DNA of 63,989 nucleotides, counting the filler, from Thelocarpon superellum (taxonomy: Eukaryota), in the NCBI GenBank assembly GCA_026025795.1. It is 5 parts of 5 records of this genome, joined end to end, with 100 filler letters (N's around TTAATTAATTAA, not from the genome) between each part and the next. Parts side by side here need not be neighbours in the genome. Positions count along the whole stretch, not along the records: positions 52,574 to 63,989 come from JAPEUG010000501.1; 4 more parts are not named here. The stretch is one strand, 5' to 3'. The translations under genes were made by a program, and so were the position numbers. Shown one piece after another: positions 60,027 to 63,989 of the stretch; within the stretch, counting starts at the first letter, position 1; each line of letters opens with the position of its first letter. Under the pieces are notes generated by a model. That model was given only the letters and a program-made list of their open reading frames with translations. It was not told where the DNA came from and did no database searches.

Positions 60027-60901
60027 CGGTGAAGTTGGTGTTGTGCGGAGTCGTCCCTGATTGTGTCTTCTCCATATCCTGTTTTAATCCGTTTTTTTTC
60101 GTTCGCTTTCTCTTTCTGCTTTTGCTTTCTGACTCAGTTTGGTTGCTATCGACGTGGCGCTCCCCTTTCATTATACCCGACATTCTCGAGCGCTCCTCCG
60201 TTTAGTTCACTGGCGCCAGTATAGCACAACCCGCATCCCACGTGATCTCCGAGTGATGGCCGGCGCTGGACCGGCGTGCTGTGACAGGACGTTTCAATTT
60301 TCCGGCTGTGGTTTCACCATGCCAAAGGCGGAACAAAGAGAGACACCGACGCTGAGCCATATTGCACGAGAGCTTCGTCCCAAGAAACGTCTTTGTCATC
60401 TCACACGGTGCCTGGCGTGTGCTGATTGCCCCAACTTCGTCACTTCCACACGGGATAGACCAGACGAAGGGCCATGAGGCGGAACAGCACACATCATTCA
60501 CCCTGACACTGCTGAATGCAGTCCATCCTCATCATCGGCGAATCGTCCAGCGTCTTCGATGCGCTACAATGTCCGTGAGAGCTTGATGTAGTCACCGCAA
60601 TTTGTCGAAAAGGATCGTTTCGGCTACGACGACCAAGATTCACCATTGTTCGCGCCCAACAAAGACAGAGCATGCGTGGTGTGAGCAAGACCGAGCACAA
60701 AGGAGGGGAAGAGGAGGCTGGTCTTTTCACGTATATAGAGCCTCGTCTTTCTCTGTTCTCTCTTCCACCTCATCGGTTGTGCTTTGATCAACTTCGACGC
60801 TCTGCCCACACACACCCACACGCTTCTTCGGCAGCCCGTGTATCTTGCTTGGGAAAGAGTGTCGCCTTTCCCTCACGGAAGCGACGAAAGCTCCATCCGT
60901 C

Positions 60902-62797
60902 ATGACGAAACGCTCTCGATCCTCGTCTGATTCGGCCTCGTCTGATCCGCCCTCGTCTCCGCTTGCGTCGAAACGCCCTCGACCGTCCCCTCCTCCACCT
61001 TCATCTCCTCCCATCGTGAAACAGCCTCCATCTTCCTCTCCTACGCCTTCGTCGCCTCCAGCCACGAAACGCTCTCCATCTTCCTTCTCTCCGCGCGTGA
61101 AACGTTCTCACTCCTCTCTTCCCGCCTCGTCCGATTCTCAGGTGCCGATAAAGTCGGAGGCCTCTCGTTCCTCCACTCCGTCGGGCTCGTCTTATCCCCA
61201 GCCGACGATAGAGCCCATTGATTCATCCCCACCCGAATTGCCGGAGTCACCACCGCTGAATGTCATCGATGATGAAAACACCCCGTCTAACATCATTGAC
61301 GATCCAGAAACCCCATCCCATACGGCCACAGTGACCCAGCTCACTACCACTGAAGTGACCCCGTCCAATACGACAGAGTACCGCGCCCCCGCACCTCTCG
61401 ATACCTTTTCAGTATCACCTGGGTCGACGCCACCCCCCGAGGCCCGACGGCCGGCGGATTCTCCCTCGGCCAGCTTCAACGGCCCCGAGACGTCGACGAG
61501 CGCCGGGGGCCCCTTCTTCTCCTCGGAGATCTCCCAGTTTGTCCGTGGCTTGCAGGAGGAACGAGACAACGCACGGCTGGCCGGGAGGTTGGGAGAAGGG
61601 CAAGACGAGACAAGCCCGCCGCAGGCGGTGGGAGACGGGGAAGAAGGGGAGGATAGCAAACGCCCGGCGGAGGCGCTGGGGGATGAACGTCGACAAAAGC
61701 GCGTGCGGAGGATCCGCCTGTTCCCGGAGAACTACACTCCCACCGCCTCCGCGACCGCGGAGGCGAGACGCAAAGACTGGGAGAGCGAGCAGAGCCCACG
61801 GGGCACGCCGGTGCATGGGCAGGACGAGGACTACGATCCAGTAACCAACCGCCGTAGAGCGGCCCCCGCAGCTAGCACAGGCCGACCCGATGCCGATCCA
61901 GCGGCTGAATTACTCTCCGGTCGTCCATATAACTCCCCGCCCGCGATGGAGTACCCTCATCACGCGCGTCCGTCCCCGCCACCGGCGTCGCAGGACGAAT
62001 CGGTGCGGCGCCTCACGAGACTCGGGCTCCAGCAGCTCAACAACGCCATCGCGAGCGCCACCCCACAGATCTATACATCGCTGCTCGGGCCGCTAACGCC
62101 ATACGAGGTCATCAGCCTGATTCGCTCGGACGCGTCGCTCCGAGAGGCCCTGGGGCTGACGGAGGACGAGGTATCCTGGCGAGGTCTTCCCAGCAGCAAC
62201 ATCGGAGCGGGACCCTGCGATGAGCCGGACCACAGTTCCACCGGCAACGCTGCAGCTCAGGAGCGCGGTCAAGCCTGCGAAGGCGCCGCCTGTTCGTGCC
62301 ACGTCTACCCTCATGGCCAGGACCACAAGGTGTGCGAGGCGTGCCGGGAGAAGCACGCGCGCGAGCTGGAGGCCACGGAGACGGAATCGCTGAGTCGGTT
62401 CCGGGCTAGCACGTGCCAGATCTGCGCACGGCGAGAGCTGCGGGCAGTGAGGAAGCAGGAGACGAGTACGTGCTCCTGCCGCGAGGCCCTGGCCGAACCC
62501 TGCCTGTGTCGTACCTGTCGAGAGCGGACCCTCGGCCACCTCCAGGACCAGGCGGATCGGCGGACGGCCGAACTTCTCCGGACCCGTCTGCAGAAGAAGA
62601 AGGCGGTGACGGGAGGGGCGTTGAGGAAGACCCGGGCGTGCTTCTGCGGCCGTGCCCCTGCCCGCACGCAGCGTCAGGTCATGTTCTGCCGGGCGTGCCA
62701 GGGCATCATCACCAATCCCACCAACCGGACGGTGTACAAGCCGGTAGATCCGGAGGACGATCCGAGGGAGGAAGAGCCGGGGCATCTGCTTTCTTAG
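60902..62797 (+). CDS. Hypothetical protein: S/P-rich disordered N-terminus and Cys-rich C-terminal domain
   Basis: Long intronless ORF with TATATA ~170 bp upstream. The C-terminal CxxC/CxC array is CSC, CEAC, CQIC, CSC, CLCRTC, CFC, CRAC. Confidence 0.65.
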   Translation: MTKRSRSSSDSASSDPPSSPLASKRPRPSPPPPSSPPIVKQPPSSSPTPSSPPATKRSPSSFSPRVKRSHSSLPASSDSQVPIKSEASRSSTPSGSSYPQPTIEPIDSSPPELPESPPLNVIDDENTPSNIIDDPETPSHTATVTQLTTTEVTPSNTTEYRAPAPLDTFSVSPGSTPPPEARRPADSPSASFNGPETSTSAGGPFFSSEISQFVRGLQEERDNARLAGRLGEGQDETSPPQAVGDGEEGEDSKRPAEALGDERRQKRVRRIRLFPENYTPTASATAEARRKDWESEQSPRGTPVHGQDEDYDPVTNRRRAAPAASTGRPDADPAAELLSGRPYNSPPAMEYPHHARPSPPPASQDESVRRLTRLGLQQLNNAIASATPQIYTSLLGPLTPYEVISLIRSDASLREALGLTEDEVSWRGLPSSNIGAGPCDEPDHSSTGNAAAQERGQACEGAACSCHVYPHGQDHKVCEACREKHARELEATETESLSRFRASTCQICARRELRAVRKQETSTCSCREALAEPCLCRTCRERTLGHLQDQADRRTAELLRTRLQKKKAVTGGALRKTRACFCGRAPARTQRQVMFCRACQGIITNPTNRTVYKPVDPEDDPREEEPGHLLS

Positions 62798-63218
62798 TCG
62801 TGTTTAGCATGCGTCGTGCTGTGTTCTCTGTGTATTGCGGGAGTGCTCTCTGCTCCTCTGGCGTTGAGGTGGATGTTGTATGAAAGATCCTTTTCCCCAG
62901 AACGTAACTATTCAGAATTTTTGGAATAATATATTGATTCGTTGAAACGGACTGATTTATTGTGAGCCTTCTGACGTCATCTAGCTCGAAGATTTGAACA
63001 CCCCTTGCTTATGGTCCCTTGCATTGAGGGAAGTGATGTATGTTGAGCAGTTGAGCGGAGCTTCTCTTGCCACAACCTCTACCAGACCTCGTCCGAATGC
63101 GGACGAAGTCGTGGTGGTCGTGGTGGTCGTGGTGGGGTCGCCAGGTATTCAAACATTTGACGAGCGATCACGACCCACCACGCATCGATATCACATCGAC
63201 ATCCCGGCAGCGGCCACG

Positions 63219-63989
63219 ATGACCTCCTCCGCGCCACCCTCCGACCCACCATCACGCACCTCGACACCGTCACGGTTCACGGCGCAGAGCTCGACGGCGG
63301 AAGATCTGCTGAAATCGCAAACGGTCGGGCTGGTCCACCTCTCGGACTTCCGCAAACGACGCGCCGAAGCGCTCGAGCAGAAGCAACGCGAGGCGCAGAA
63401 TCGATCGCTGGGCCGTCGTGGAGATGGAGCCGTGTCGAATCCGGGTACGGAGTCGGGGGCTACCGCTCCGGGAGGGAGCGATGGGTACGTGTACCCCTCC
63501 CGCCTTGTCTCGCTCCACAAATTCACATTGCCGAAGCGTTTCGCCCGGAGACTGATGGTCAAAGCATAGAGGCTCGACCCGCCCCGTGACGAAGAAGAGG
63601 AAGAAGAAGAAGAAGGAATGGAAGGTGGCGGCAGAGAAGCTCTCATTCGGGGTCGACGACGAAGAGGAAGGGGATGGCGGACGATCAACGACGGGCCCCA
63701 GCCTCACCAATCTCACCAATCCCACCGACTCCGCCTCGAAGACGCCAGACGGAGCAAGCACCAGTGCGTCCGACGGTGACACCCTGCACCGTGCAGTCAA
63801 GAAGCGACTCGGCCCCAACGCCGCGGTGAAGGTGGCGCCGAAAGCGCTGACGAAAGCGGTCCTGACGCAAGAAGCAGCAACGCGCGAGCAACTACGCAGG
63901 GAGTTCCTGGCGATGCAAGACGCGATCAAGGCGACGGAGATCCTGATGCCGTTTGTCTTCTACGACGGCGCCAACATCCCTGGTGGCGT
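63219..63989 (+). CDS. XAP5: XAP5/FAM50 family nuclear protein, 5' part (runs off window)
   Basis: RFTAQSSTAEDLLKSQTVGLVHLSDFRKRR; intron 63485-63569; then KKRKKKK..KLSF and REQLRREFLAMQDAIKATEILMPFVFYDG. Confidence 0.88.

Overview
This is eukaryotic, GC-rich, intron-containing DNA from a filamentous ascomycete (Pezizomycotina-type genes, short GT-AG introns). The window is not one locus. It is five contigs joined by identical 100-nt N44-TTAATTAATTAA-N44 linkers, with lengths falling in order (>=13082, 13047, 13034, 13010 nt, last one cut off), so adjacency across the linkers means nothing. Contig 1 has a secreted ferritin-like protein, a GH18 chitinase, VPS53 and a CCCH/Smr protein. Contig 2 is the highlight: a co-oriented three-gene secondary-metabolite cluster. 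It comprises an intronless A-T-TE NRPS-like enzyme with an arylpyruvate-type A domain and a Ser-Asn-His (quinone-forming) thioesterase, a laccase with about 15 introns, and an AusD/Trt5-family methyltransferase. By inference it is a candidate terphenylquinone to pulvinic/vulpinic-acid-type pigment pathway. Contig 3 has a TBC Rab-GAP, an SDR, BCD1 and a DENN protein. Contig 4 has SPT16, a mitochondrial carrier-like protein, a MAG2-like RING ligase and a secreted Gly-rich/Cys-rich orphan. Contig 5 has three orphan ORFs, an F-box/WD40/UIM protein and the start of XAP5/FAM50. All family calls come from motif recognition by eye; no searches were run.
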